Shown: piece after piece, positions 10,701-21,500 of the stretch
Position numbering within the stretch: position 1 is the first letter of the stretch
Layout of the letters: every line of letters starts with the position of its first letter
DNA from: Cladosporium halotolerans
Lineage: Eukaryota
Assembly: GCF_011745625.1 (NCBI RefSeq)
Contig: NW_027191454.1
Location: 992,001 to 1,056,000, forward strand
Reading direction: 5' to 3'
DNA: 64,000 nt
Notes under the pieces: generated by a model
The model's database searches: none
Seen by the model: the letters and a program-made list of their open reading frames with translations, nothing else
Told to the model about the DNA's origin: nothing
Translations under genes and position numbers: made by a program

Positions 10701-12718
10701 TGGCCGAGCTCTTCGTTGATGGTGGAAGTCTTAGCATCAAACGGCGTGTTGCTTTCTTCGTCGTACATGTCAACATCGTTGAGCAGAAGCATTTGTGCGA
10801 CCTTGACGATTTCCAAACTGACGTAGAGGGACAGAGGAATCAGGGTGTTGAACATGATGACGAAACTGGTGAAGATGGGCCCGAAGGGCACCGTGGCGTC
10901 TCGCAAGTACCAGGCGTCGTCTTCGTATTTGTTCCACAGCTCGTACGCGCCTGAGCAGCCGAGGGAGAGCACGACCACGAAGACGACCATCATGATGACG
11001 ATCTTGTTGACCATGGACTGCAGAGTCGGCGCCTTGATGCGTGGGTTCTTGTTGGCGTTCATCCGGATCTTACACTCTTCGCCGCTGTAGATGATCATAC
11101 CGATTGCATCGGGCGTGTTTCGAAGGACGCTGCCACGGTAGACGATTTCGTTGTTCGTGAGAGGAGAGGTTTTACCATCGACTGTCACCTTGCCTTCGAA
11201 ATTGTAAAGATCAAGGTTAGGGTCCTCGACGACGAAATGGGCTTTGCACCTTGTAATATCCTCCGGTGTGCTGCAGGCTTTACTGGTTGAAGGTGAAGGC
11301 TGCTTGTTCTTGAGATTAGTTTCACCGTCCAGGGCCATAGTCTCGATGCAGGCAATGTCATTTGGGCCGTTGGAATGCAGCAAAACCAAGTCAGCAGGCA
11401 CCGCTTCGTCGCGACTCAGCTTAACGACATCGCCAACCCGGAGGTTGTGCCATTTGACGGGCGCCCAGTGCAGAGGTTCAGATCCAGCTGCACCAGCTTC
11501 CAGTTTGGCTTCCTTCGATTTGGGTGTGTCGTCGGTATCATAAGCTTGCAATACACTGGCATATCGATTGTTCTCCTCCTTGTCGAGTTTGTAGCGTCGG
11601 AAGTCTTCGAGGCCTTCTTTCGCCATTGACAACGAGACGAAAAACAAGAGCGGGACGATTGTCGTGTACGTACCCGTCGTACTCAGTCCGGGAATCATCT
11701 GAAGGATACTGACGCAGAGGAAATAGAAGTTGGCGAGCTTCGAGAACTGAGCAAAAAGTTGTCGCGGGAGGAAATTCCAGGCGTTGTACTTGGATGACCG
11801 AATGGTGTTGTTGATGAACGGCTTTTCGGTCCGGTCATCTACAAGCCGTTTCTTTCGCGATGGGTCGAGGGAGATGTGGCGTCCATCTTTCGAAGGAGGA
11901 ATGTCGTGTATGCGCAGAATAAATCTGCGGGCCTGCTCTAAGATACTTTCTATCCTTTCGACTTGGAGAATCCCAGCCATGCGGGCCCGTAATCGTCTCT
12001 GTTTGGTAGGCCGTGCAACTCTTGCAATCATGTCCAGTTTGAGAGAATCTTGACGAGATGCGTCGGGAGAGAGCGATGAGCTGCCAACGAGGGGTGATAC
12101 TGTAACCGAAGTCTGATCCTTGCCTTTCGTGCTCTGACCCTTTTCTTGAGTTTGCATATTCGCTGAGCCAACCTCTCCCATCTCGATAATTGAGTCGTCC
12201 ACGTCTTGTTGCCTCTGGCCCATTTGCTTGGTAAAGAGCGACGACCGGAGCGACATGCCGCGATTCCTACCTCGCGGGCTCATGGGAGACTCTGATCTCA
12301 TGTTCCTTCCATTGGGCGAAGGCGAACGACTGTTATCCGGTGATCCTTGGTTGATCGATCCAGATGCTTTTGCTGTATCTATCCGTAATGCCGTATTACC
12401 GACACCGCTGTCGCCAGTAGTTATGTCTGTCCTTTGCTGATTGTCATCTTCATCACTCTTTCGCCTCTTGCTTTGCCGTCTCCTCTCTAAATCCTCGGAA
12501 AATCGCAATGTCGAGGGCCCTCTGTCGGTACTCGCTGATCTGTCGCCTGGTACATCGCTCCCAGAAGATTGAGTGGTAGCCTCGTTCTGTGTCTCCATGC
12601 CAGCAGGATTGGTACCACTGAGGGTTGCGTTGTCGCGACCGCGCGAGTCTCGCCCTACCGAAGAGTGCCTCCTTCGCACACCATCGTCCACCGGAGATTG
12701 CGAGCGGGACCCTGCCAT
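7784..12718 (-). CDS. DNF3: P4-type ATPase phospholipid flippase, DNF3-like
   Basis: 1644-aa ORF with LDGETNLK, IPLSLYVSLE, SDKTGTLT phosphorylation site, MLTGDKRETA, CCRASPSQKA, GDGAND and multiple TM segments. The DNF3 subfamily call is by recollection of motifs. Confidence 0.9.
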   Translation of the reverse strand: MAGSRSQSPVDDGVRRRHSSVGRDSRGRDNATLSGTNPAGMETQNEATTQSSGSDVPGDRSASTDRGPSTLRFSEDLERRRQSKRRKSDEDDNQQRTDITTGDSGVGNTALRIDTAKASGSINQGSPDNSRSPSPNGRNMRSESPMSPRGRNRGMSLRSSLFTKQMGQRQQDVDDSIIEMGEVGSANMQTQEKGQSTKGKDQTSVTVSPLVGSSSLSPDASRQDSLKLDMIARVARPTKQRRLRARMAGILQVERIESILEQARRFILRIHDIPPSKDGRHISLDPSRKKRLVDDRTEKPFINNTIRSSKYNAWNFLPRQLFAQFSKLANFYFLCVSILQMIPGLSTTGTYTTIVPLLFFVSLSMAKEGLEDFRRYKLDKEENNRYASVLQAYDTDDTPKSKEAKLEAGAAGSEPLHWAPVKWHNLRVGDVVKLSRDEAVPADLVLLHSNGPNDIACIETMALDGETNLKNKQPSPSTSKACSTPEDITRCKAHFVVEDPNLDLYNFEGKVTVDGKTSPLTNNEIVYRGSVLRNTPDAIGMIIYSGEECKIRMNANKNPRIKAPTLQSMVNKIVIMMVVFVVVLSLGCSGAYELWNKYEDDAWYLRDATVPFGPIFTSFVIMFNTLIPLSLYVSLEIVKVAQMLLLNDVDMYDEESNTPFDAKTSTINEELGQVSYIFSDKTGTLTENVMRFRKMSVAGTAWTHDVDLQGQTNGNGDKPARKRKSIAQDKGKKPIRTLRMSMGSRKQSYAPLEDAAHDIEPADTQLPHTVPSAGQSEMNTMEMLRYIQRRPHTMFAKKAKMLILSIALCHTCLPERSDSGEVTFQASSPDELALVRAAQELGYLAYERNGAQLTLKTFPNGLAAEPVLEDYTIVDVIEFSSKRKRMSVIVRFPDNRVCVLCKGADSVIMERLRLAALASQKVIEIEKRASERKSVEAHQAMARKSEQVERSGSIAGLTRRSSSVSHGRLSFGRKSSVRQEVDSWLREREHDVDVEVASANSPYYTPRPSAQFSARSSFADVEHRGSIQAQRGDEELVEESLVANEPATIERCFQHVNDFATEGLRTLLYGHRFLDEVEYQDWKKIYHAATTSLVNRSDLIEKAGELIEQQLELGGATAIEDKLQRGVPETIERLRRAEIKMWMLTGDKRETAINIGHSCRLIKDYSSVTVLDHEAGNVDHAVTAAVSKIQTGSVAHSVVVVDGQTLSTITACDASNTLFLELAILADSVICCRASPSQKASLVHSIRKRVGGSVTLAIGDGANDIAMIQEAHVGIGITGKEGLQAARVSDYSIAQFRFLVKLLLVHGRWNYVRTCKYTVGTFWKEMLFYLTQALYQRWAGYTGTSLYESWSLSMFNTLFTSLPVIFLGIFEKDLSPATLIAAPELYTKGQRGAGFNFTVFAAWMLMAICEAMVVYFTMFGLFGHVAFTRDNSLFAMGDLTFTVCVVVIVLKLQVLEMHNHSVTTVIACVLSIGGWFLWNIILSQTYTDNVIYFVRDGFLEKFGRNVLWWLVVVLSVSSVLLFEIVVRAVKTAWKPTDVEVFQALEKDADVKRRFEESSATWLQEGWKRDGDVEVQDAAEQKKREEEVGELLAQPRVMSSGKDGVEQREQAVVGEEHSTPRQSAEVQDMLSRGFGVVRRETMDKA

Positions 12719-13486
12719 TGCTCTCTGTTGTCGTCCTTACAGCCGTGTCATGAACCCCTCATGCTTGTCTGCCTTGCGTCTCTTGTAATCTCTTGTACCC
12801 ACGTGTCCTAGGATCGCAATGCGCTCCACGTCAAAAGCCGACTTCGGTACCCAAGCGAGGTCTGTCGCGTGCCGGCCGAAGAGAGGGATTCAACGAGCCC
12901 GTCACAGATAACATAACAGTAAGGAGAGGCAACAACAGGAAGGCGAACCTACTCTTACTCTTGCTTCGAGATTGAGACTCGGCGCCATGCGTAACGCACC
13001 AATGGACCGCGCGGCTTCCACCACACGCTCAGCACACAGCCACCCTCGCCAGATCCGCACGGCAGACCCCAGACTTCACCCAAGCGTCGGGTAGAAGAAA
13101 GCATGACGCGGGGATTGGAGGCTGAATCTGGGCAGGGTCTGGGCCCGTTGCGGCAGGGTGAGCCATGGCGCGGCAACAGTGTGAAGATGAAGTTCGTTGC
13201 ACGAAATAGGAGCCATCTGAGAGGAGATGATATGGAGGTGAAGTTTGACCCACATGTGGTCTGTTGGTGCTGCTGACATAGTGAAGGCTAACGACAGCGA
13301 TTATTCATCAACCGGCTGGTCATCCCATCTCGTCGGATCTTGCCAAAACACGTGATCGTCGGCTCAATCTCGGACAAACGAGCAGCTGTAGCTCCTACGT
13401 CGCGCGTGCCTAAGCCAGCCATAAACTGTGGCTTCATCCGCAGACTCGTAAGATCTCGTCTGCCATCCCTCTGCACCGCCGCCGCA

Positions 13487-14182
13487 ATGCCCAGCATGGC
13501 CGATGCAGCGTCGACCTCGCAGGCCCTCACCGACCTGACCATCACCCCTCTCCCTCCCAAGAAGCCCCACGTGCCCTCCCTCAAGTACCCCTCGAACCGC
13601 AAAACGATCTACGACCGCAACCTGAACCGCACCAAGACCTCCGAAATCTCCCTCGCCAGCTTCGCCTACCTCTTCAACAGCCTGATCAGCTACCACCAAT
13701 CGCGCTCGCCCTCCGTCTCCGAGCTCGAGACCCGCCTCAACCGCGCCGGCTATCCCATCGGCATCAAGATGCTCGACCTTCTCCTCTACCGGCAAGAAGT
13801 GCGGCGCGCACAGCGACCCACGCGGCTCCTGGATATGCTGCAGTTCGTTCACGGCACGCTGTGGCGCAGCCTGTTCAACCGGGCCGCGGACGCCTTGGAG
13901 CAGAGCACGAGCAAGCGCAACGAGTACATGATCGTCGACAACGAGCCGGTCGTGAACACGTTCATCAGCATCCCGAAGGAGATGAGCCAGCTGAACTGCG
14001 CGGCGTTCGTGGCGGGGATCATCGAGGGGATGTGCGATGCGGCAGGGTTTGGGACGGAGGGTGTTAGCGCGCATTGGGCCGGCGAGGGCGATGAGTTGTG
14101 GCCTGGGAAAACGATTTTCTTGCTTAGGTTCAAGGAGAGTGTGGTGGAGAGGGATGAAGCGATCAAGGCCGGTGGAGGGTGA
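13487..14182 (+). CDS. TRS31: TRAPP complex subunit Trs31/TRAPPC5
   Basis: TIYDRNLNR, SLASFAYLF, LETRLNRAGYPIG, LWRSLF..AD.LE, FISIPKEMSQLNCAAFVAGIIEG. Confidence 0.93.
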   Translation: MPSMADAASTSQALTDLTITPLPPKKPHVPSLKYPSNRKTIYDRNLNRTKTSEISLASFAYLFNSLISYHQSRSPSVSELETRLNRAGYPIGIKMLDLLLYRQEVRRAQRPTRLLDMLQFVHGTLWRSLFNRAADALEQSTSKRNEYMIVDNEPVVNTFISIPKEMSQLNCAAFVAGIIEGMCDAAGFGTEGVSAHWAGEGDELWPGKTIFLLRFKESVVERDEAIKAGGG

Positions 14183-14230
14183 GGGTGAGGGAGAGGAAGA
14201 ATGATTCAATGCTCTATCAGAGGGGGTATG

Positions 14231-15607
14231 TCACTGCCCGGGCTTTGGCTCGACGGACTGGTGGTCGTGGTGAACCTCCCGGTCTTCCTCGCCTGCTTCA
14301 AGATCTTGACTGGCCGGGCTGTTCTGTGCCTTCCGAGCCTCGCCCGCGGCTATCCACTTGCGAAAGACCCCTATCAACAAGCTCCCGCAGGCTATCTGCA
14401 AGCCCTGGAAAATCACGATCGCGATCTGGATCTTGCTCTGGAGCACCGGATCCATCCCCGCGAATATTGTGGTGCTCAATGGCACGCCAAACGCCGGGCC
14501 CTTCGCAGGCACAGTGTAGCAGACAGCGACCACGTCTTCCCTCGGCAACCACATAAGCGAAGTGAAGAACGCCACGCAAAAATACACCAGGAACAAGCCG
14601 AGGCAAACAAACACCATGAACACCATGTTGCTGCCGGGCACCGTGTCGAAGGCTCCGCTAGCAAAAGCGGCGTCGTACGTCTGCCAGATGACGACCAGCA
14701 TGCACAGCGGACCGAATTTCAGCACCTTCCAGTCGAAGAAGACCTTTCTGCAGGCTGGCTCGAAGAAATATCGCGCCAGCTGCCCGGCTGCCATCGGAAC
14801 GTAGATAGAAAGACCCAGCTGTTTCAGCACGCGTCCGTAGATCGCGCCAAACTGCCCGCTGTTCGACGGCAGCACCGCATTGTACCAAGTGTCCACGGAC
14901 GTGAACATGATCACCAGCGCGGGCGAGACGAACACCTATCCAAACCTGTCAGCCTCACGAGCCATGATCCCCTTCTATCTCAGCTTCCGTCCCTCCCAAA
15001 AACTCACCCCGATAAAATTCCCTAACGTCGTCTGCACAACCGTCAACGCCTGGTTCCCATGCGCCTGCCTCGTCATAACCACATTACTGCTCATCGTCGT
15101 CGCCACACACCCGAAAAAAATCAACCCCACGAGCAACCCGGGGTCCATGAACTCCCTGTCCGTCGCCGCGGCGCTCACGACGCCGAAAGCGATCGCCGAC
15201 GTCATGAGGAAACACTGGCCCTGCACGAACAGGTGCACGCGCCAGCGCGAGTAGTTGGCCACCAGCACGCGCGTGTCCAGCGTGCAGCCCGTGATGAAGA
15301 AGATGATCGAGACCATCAGGTAGGTGGTCACGGTTTCTTTGATCTTTTGCTGCGAGGCGGGGACTTGGACTTGCGAGGCGATGGTTATGACGACGCCGAT
15401 GCCGACGAGGAACCATTGGTCCTGCAGGGTTTTGAGGAGGGTTGTGAGCCATTCTGGACGGGTGGAGGAGGTGGGTGTTGGGCTGGTGTTGGGGGTGGGT
15501 TTTTGCGCGCGTGCAGTTTGGTCCGCAGACGGTTGAAGAGGGTCGATTTTTGATCCTTCTGTTGCGGATTTGCCTGGGGCGCTGGGTTGGTTTGCTTTCG
15601 CGGACAT
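14231..15607 (-). CDS. Sodium/bile-acid symporter-like membrane protein (SLC10A7/Rch1 family); intron 14936..15007
   Basis: QWFLVGIG, IIFFITGCTL, TTMSSNVVMTRQAHGN, GNFIG|VFVSP across a GTGAGT..ATAG intron, PAKGPAFGVPL. Confidence 0.87.
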
Positions 15608-16405
15608 GATTCTGCTTCTAGTCTCGCGAGGTTTTGCCAGGCGTTCGCTCCTGGCGCTGCGCAGGCCATTGCCTGGTTTATCTATACTTTATGAAAGCCG
15701 CTCACGTCCCGTTTATGTCCGAGGACTGAGCGAGAGATCCAAATTCCTTGTTGAGAGGCTTGCACCTAGGATCGGATGATTATGAGGCCTGGTTGATGAC
15801 TTTGTTGCACAGATCTTGGCCTGCCATGTGGCGTGGGAAACACAGAATTATCCCCGTCCACCGGGCCGTTATCGCTGCTGCTGCGTTGTATTCGCATGAC
15901 GCGGTTGGGTTCTCGGGCCAGGCCAAGATCACCGGTCAAACATGCCCCCGCAAAATGCCCCGCATTGCCGATCACGTCGTTGAACCAACCTCAGCGCAGA
16001 CAAGCGAATCTTGTAGTATGGAGCGGCTCGTTGCGCATTACTAGGGACTCGGTGTTGTGCAATAATTCCGTTTCCGCAATTCCGTTGTAAGTGGAGCCAT
16101 CCTCCAGGTCTTGCAATGTCGGTACTCCCCTCGGACCTTTCGGGTGCCAATGTCAAAGTGGATGTTAGCGTGTGCTTGTGGACGCAGACGTGAATTCATT
16201 GGAGCTGGACGAGCGGCGGCCCCTCAGGCCTGGTTCCCCGGCAAGCAGTTACGGGCAATGCTTTGACTTCACCTCGACCAGTTGCAGTCGATCTCGCATA
16301 AATTGGTGTACGCTTACCAACCCGACCTTCCTTGTACACTCATCGCATACGAAGGACTACAGCGCACATTTCTCTTATATACAATCGTTCTAACCAAGGC
16401 ATAAA

Positions 16406-17611
16406 ATGAGTTCTAGCAACGGAAAGGCCATCATCTGCCGCGATACCCTAGCCAATGGCGGCTGGAAGCTCGAAGATGTCAGCGTGAGGCAGCCTGGCGA
16501 GGGTGAACTGCTCGTCGAGATGGTCGCATCGGTAAGTCCAGCGAACCCCCAAGGCAAATTGCCCCATCACTGACAATGCTAGGGCGTCTGCCACACCGAC
16601 GTCCTCATCGGTGGCCTCCCCAATGGCGCAGCACCCATCGCCTTCTACCCACGAGTCCTCGGCCACGAAGGCTCCGGCTACGTGCGCTCCGTCGGCCCCG
16701 GCGTCACCGTCGCCAAAGCCGGCGACCCAGTCCTCCTCTCCTTCGCCTCCTGCGAGTCCTGCGCCATCTGCCTCGCCAGCCAGCACTCGCACTGCGTCTA
16801 TGCCAATGAGCTGAACTTCGGCCCGCAACCGCCCACCTTCGGCGCGCCCAACGACGCCGCGAACCCCAGCGTCCCCGGCGCTTTCTTCGGCCAGTCCTCC
16901 TTCGCCTCCCTCTCCATCGTCCGCCAGTCCTCCGTCGTTAATGCCAGCTCCCTCGTCTCCTCCAAAGCCGAGCTCCAGCTCCTCGCCCCGCTCGGCTGCG
17001 GCGTACAGACCGGCGCGGGAACCATCATCAACGCCGCCAACGCCCAGCCGCGCGACATCGTCTGCGTGCTCGGGCTCGGCGGCGTCGGCCTCAGCGCCAT
17101 CATGGGCGCCAAGATTCAAGGCTGCCGGCGCATCATCGGCGTCGACCGCGTAGCATCCCGCCTCGAGCTGGCCAAAGCCATGGGCGCGACGCACGTCATC
17201 GACACGTCCAAGTTCGGCGAGGGCGAGACTCTCGCATCCGCCGTGCGCGCCGTGTCGGAAGACCTCGGGCCGACGGTCACGGTCGACACGACGGGCGTGC
17301 CGGCGCTGATCAAAGCCATGGTCGAGTTCAGCCGCAACCGCGGCAAGATCCTGCAGGTGGGCAGCGCGCCGTTCGACTTCAAGCTCGAGCTGTCGGTGTT
17401 CGACTTCATGGTGCGCGGGCTGCAGTACATCGGCGCGGTCGAGGGCCAGGCGCACCCGCCGGAGTTCGTGCCGAAGATGGTGCGCTGGTACAAGGAGGGG
17501 AAGTTCCCAGTTGACAAGATGATGAAGCTGATGCCTGCGGAGGAATTTGAGAAGGCGGTAAAGGAGATGCACGACGGGACGACCATTAAGCCGATTTTGA
17601 CCTGGTCTTGA
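16406..17611 (+). CDS. Zinc-dependent medium-chain (aryl-)alcohol dehydrogenase; intron 16532..16582
   Basis: AS|GVCHTD, GHEGSG, structural Zn CESCAICLASQHSHC, FFGQSSFA, APLGCGVQTGAG, GLGGVG Rossmann motif. Confidence 0.93.
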
Positions 17612-18594
17612 AGGGATCGGGAGGCGTGATGTGAAACTATGTTATGTTAACGAGATTCTAAAGTCTTAGATGAATTACACATTTGGAGTCCTAATGTTCA
17701 TCGCGGAATCTGATCGTTCTGTCGCGTGGCAACAGAGTGGCTTGCTTTTCATTTCCTTGGTTCGCTTCGCCCCCATGAAGTGAGACGATCCAGACAATGG
17801 AGCGAAAACGCTTCGAAATTTCGTTGCGTATCGAGAAACCCGACTAAAATTGAAGGAAATGAATTGAACCTATGCTAGCTATGCATTTTTGAAGATACCC
17901 TAGCTACAGGCACCTTGATGGTACGCAGCCCAAGCCCTCAGCACGTGCTGATGCGGTCAGCCGGCACGCAGACGCAGCACCATCAACATAATGGAAAGAA
18001 CCGTGAGAAACAGAAATTATGAGGATTCGTGAGAACCCATGATGATTTCAACCAATACGGATGTTCGACGAGCCCATCTCAGGGCTGGTGGCAGGGAGGG
18101 TCGAGAGGGTCTTCATTGCGAAAGGCGTGGGGGCGTAGGTGCGAGGGTAATGCTGTGGGGAGCGAAGGGGAATAGTCGCAATGGAAGAGCATGCTGCCGG
18201 CTGCCTGGATGCTAACGAGGTGTCCCCGCATGTTGCCCTCCCCTGTAGTACGCTCTAGGCGCTGAAGGTGCGTGAAGCGACGCTATTGGATTTTTGGCAA
18301 TTGTGTCTGGGGCGACGGTAGCGCGCGGTGCAGTACCATTCACGACATGCGGTGGGATCCATTTCCTGCAAATTCGGGTCTTTGTATTGCCGAGAGAGGA
18401 TGTCGACGTGCCCGTACCAGATGAGCCCGCTTCTTCCGCTTCTCACGACCCGTCGGTCCAGGTCGAGCTCAGGGCATTCAGAAGTCTCATTGCACTGGGC
18501 ACGGTCCCGTTTCGCCTTCTGTGAGCATCTCATCGTCGTAAGGGTCGCTAGCATCCCACCCGGCAGACCCCGGATCAGGACAATCCAGGAATCT

Positions 18595-21500
18595 CTAATC
18601 CCTCTTGAGATCCTCCTCAGCCGCCTTAAGCATCTGAGGCATCTCCCTGCGAACCCACTCGAAGTAGTCCTTCCACGCTCTGCTCTCGTCGCCTCCGGCA
18701 AAAGCCTTGTTGAAGCTGACAGAGACGCGGAGGACTGCCTTGTTGTGCTCGGCGAGTTTCTCGAGCTCCTGTTTGACGGCGTTCTCCTTCGGCTTATAAG
18801 CGAGGACCGCACGGAACTGTTGCGCCAGCGGCTCAAGGCGGCGGGCGGACTCGGAGGGAGCGATGATGAGGAGCTTGCCGAGGACAAGGCAGCAGAGGAT
18901 CTTGATCTCGTGCTCGTCGGCCACACCGGCGATGATGCGGTCGTAGAAGCTGGGCAGGTCCAGGCGCTGGCGGGAAGCGGGCTCGTCGAGGAGAGCGTAG
19001 AGCGTTTCGAAAGCGGACTTGCGGATCTCGAGGCCGTCGTCGACCTTGTGCTTGAAAGGACCCATTGCAACTTCGCGGACAAGATCCGGGCGGACAACAG
19101 TGGCTTGCATCGCATATGGCAGCAGCTCAGACAGGTGCGGCATGACGAGATCTGGCTTGTTGTGGAAGGCAGAGTTGAAGGCCGAGAGCGAGAGACGCTG
19201 GTTCTCAAGATCGGCGTCAGCCAGCATCGTAGTGAGCATCTGGATGATCGTCGGCCGAAGGTAGTTGTTGTAGCTGTCATCCGTGTCGGAGAAGATGTAG
19301 CGCAATGCGGTGATTACCATGCCGCGGACGGTGGGGTTAGAGTTCTGAAGGAAGGTCTGTAGCTGCGGGAGGTATGCAGCTGGATCGATTGTAGCAAGCC
19401 TGCCGATGCACTCCGCGCTGACGACCTTGTTGTCCTCGGCCTGTCCTGAGCTAATGATGTGCTCCCAAAGAGTAGCAGTGTAAGGTCTGATGTCCTCCTC
19501 AGCAGCGCTGTGCTGCAGCAACTCCTTTACAGAGTGCAGCAGGAGATACTGCCTGCCCTTGTCCATGGCATCCAGGATCTGAGGGAGATAGACCTTAACG
19601 TTACCAGCTCCAGCGCGGCCAAGAGCCACAGCAGCGGCAAGCTTCACCTTCTCAGACTGCTCTTCGAAGTACGGCGTGAAGTTCTCCGGCTTGAGCGAGC
19701 ACTCGGTGCCCTGGCGGAGACCCGTCTCACCCAGAACAGACAGAGCGAGGCACTTCTTACCCTCATCAGACTGTGACTTGAGCTCTTTGACGAAATCTTC
19801 AAGCTGGACGCCGACGTTACCACCGCTTGAGACGAGCAGAGTGCCGATAACACGTCCAGAGACATCCGTGTCGGCTTGAACACCCTGGTTGAGCAGCGCA
19901 CTCATGAGATCCTTGCCAGCACCCGCTTGCCCAATCGACTCAACACAAGTCACCAACGCTTCCAAAGCGTTACCGTGAAGGGATGCAGACGTCACTTTGC
20001 AAATAGCGCCGATTGCTGCAGGCGTTGTGACCAAGGGTGAGTTCTCTTTCGCGAAGCTGCCGAAGATAGCGAGAGCCGGGCCAAGCATGTGAAGATCATC
20101 CGGCTGGATGAGAGGAAGCAGCATTTCGATGATCTGCGAGATAGTACCATCATCCAATGACTGCCGAGAGGCCTCGTTAGCAGCAAGCATGCGCAGAGCG
20201 CTCAGGCTGGCGCCTCTCAGAGATCTACTAGATTTGCGGAGCTGCGCAGCGAGCTCGAGCGAGACGGTACTGACGAAGCCAGGCTTAAAATCCTGGCTGT
20301 TCTGCGCGAGTACAGCGATAGTGTCTACAGCGCGTACACTGGCGAGGCGAGTGAGTTCGTTTTTCATACGCTCCGCGATCAGATCCTGGCCAGCAAATCT
20401 GTCCTGCTCGCTAAGTAAGCTGGAACCAGTGGAGCCAGAAGCACGGCCGACAAGGAGACCGAGCGCCTGGACAGCCTTTTGGCGCACTTCGGTGTCGGAG
20501 TCCTGAGCAGTAATGCGGTCCGTGATGATGGTGTACAGCTGGCCAAGGAACTCGCCATTTTGCGACTTGGTGGCGGCCGATCGAGGGGGCGTCAAAGCCT
20601 TGACGAAGACCTCAATGGTAGAAAATGCCTCAGTAGACACCTTAGCATAGCGGTCCTTAGCCGCTACGACCAGCGCCGGAACAACCTTGCTCAGATGGGC
20701 CTGCAGAATCTTGCTCGAGTGATTCTCGCCGATGACGCGCAGAAGGGCAAGAGCCTCGATGCGAAGTGCATTACCTGATGGGATTCCCGCAGCGGACTTC
20801 ATGGTGTCGACAACCGGCTCAATAACCAGATCAGCATGATCGGATAGACCTCCACGCTGCACTGCGACCATGGCCTTCAGTAGGCTCATAACGGCGAGCT
20901 TCGTCTGAGGGGTGGAACTCTTCAAGAGTTTTGCAGCTTCCTTGACGACTTGAGGGTTGAGCTTCGCGAGCTGCTCCCCTGCCTTGTCCATCGGCGGAGG
21001 AGAGGATGGAGATGCATAGCCATTCATCATGATTCTCTGTGCGTGAAGATCCGAGAGCACGGCATCGCTTCCGCCGCGTCTCCTCTTCCTGTTCTGCGGC
21101 AGGCCGTTGGCTTCCGCCCCAGAGCTCTTTGGCAGGTTGGTGGGACCGTTCTTGGAGATAAGGAAGGCAAGTGTAGTGAGGACCTCGTTGCGAACGCTTT
21201 CTTCGCGCTCTTTGAAGCGGGCAATGAGGGCTGGTGCGACAAGGTCCACGAATGGTGGGTTGATGGTGGCGATCATAGCATGCAATACCTTTGCACTACA
21301 CCTCCTGACTTTCCAGCTCACGTCGTCTTCGTCGTCGAATCCGGTCTCCTCCTCGAAATTTTCCTCTGCTTCGAACTCGTCATCGTCCTCTTGCTCCTCC
21401 ATTTCCTCGTCGTCGTCATCTGCTAATGTCGGGTCATACTTGAGGAAGCGCAGCGCTGCCTGCGTGACATCGCTAAGGTGGGCCTTCAAATCTTGCGCGC

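Noticed and set aside
17600..17630. Stop-codon readthrough to a cryptic peroxisomal signal in the dehydrogenases (also checked 53173 and 56415)
   Set aside because: No TGA-CTA context, and the in-frame extensions do not end in an SKL-like tripeptide.
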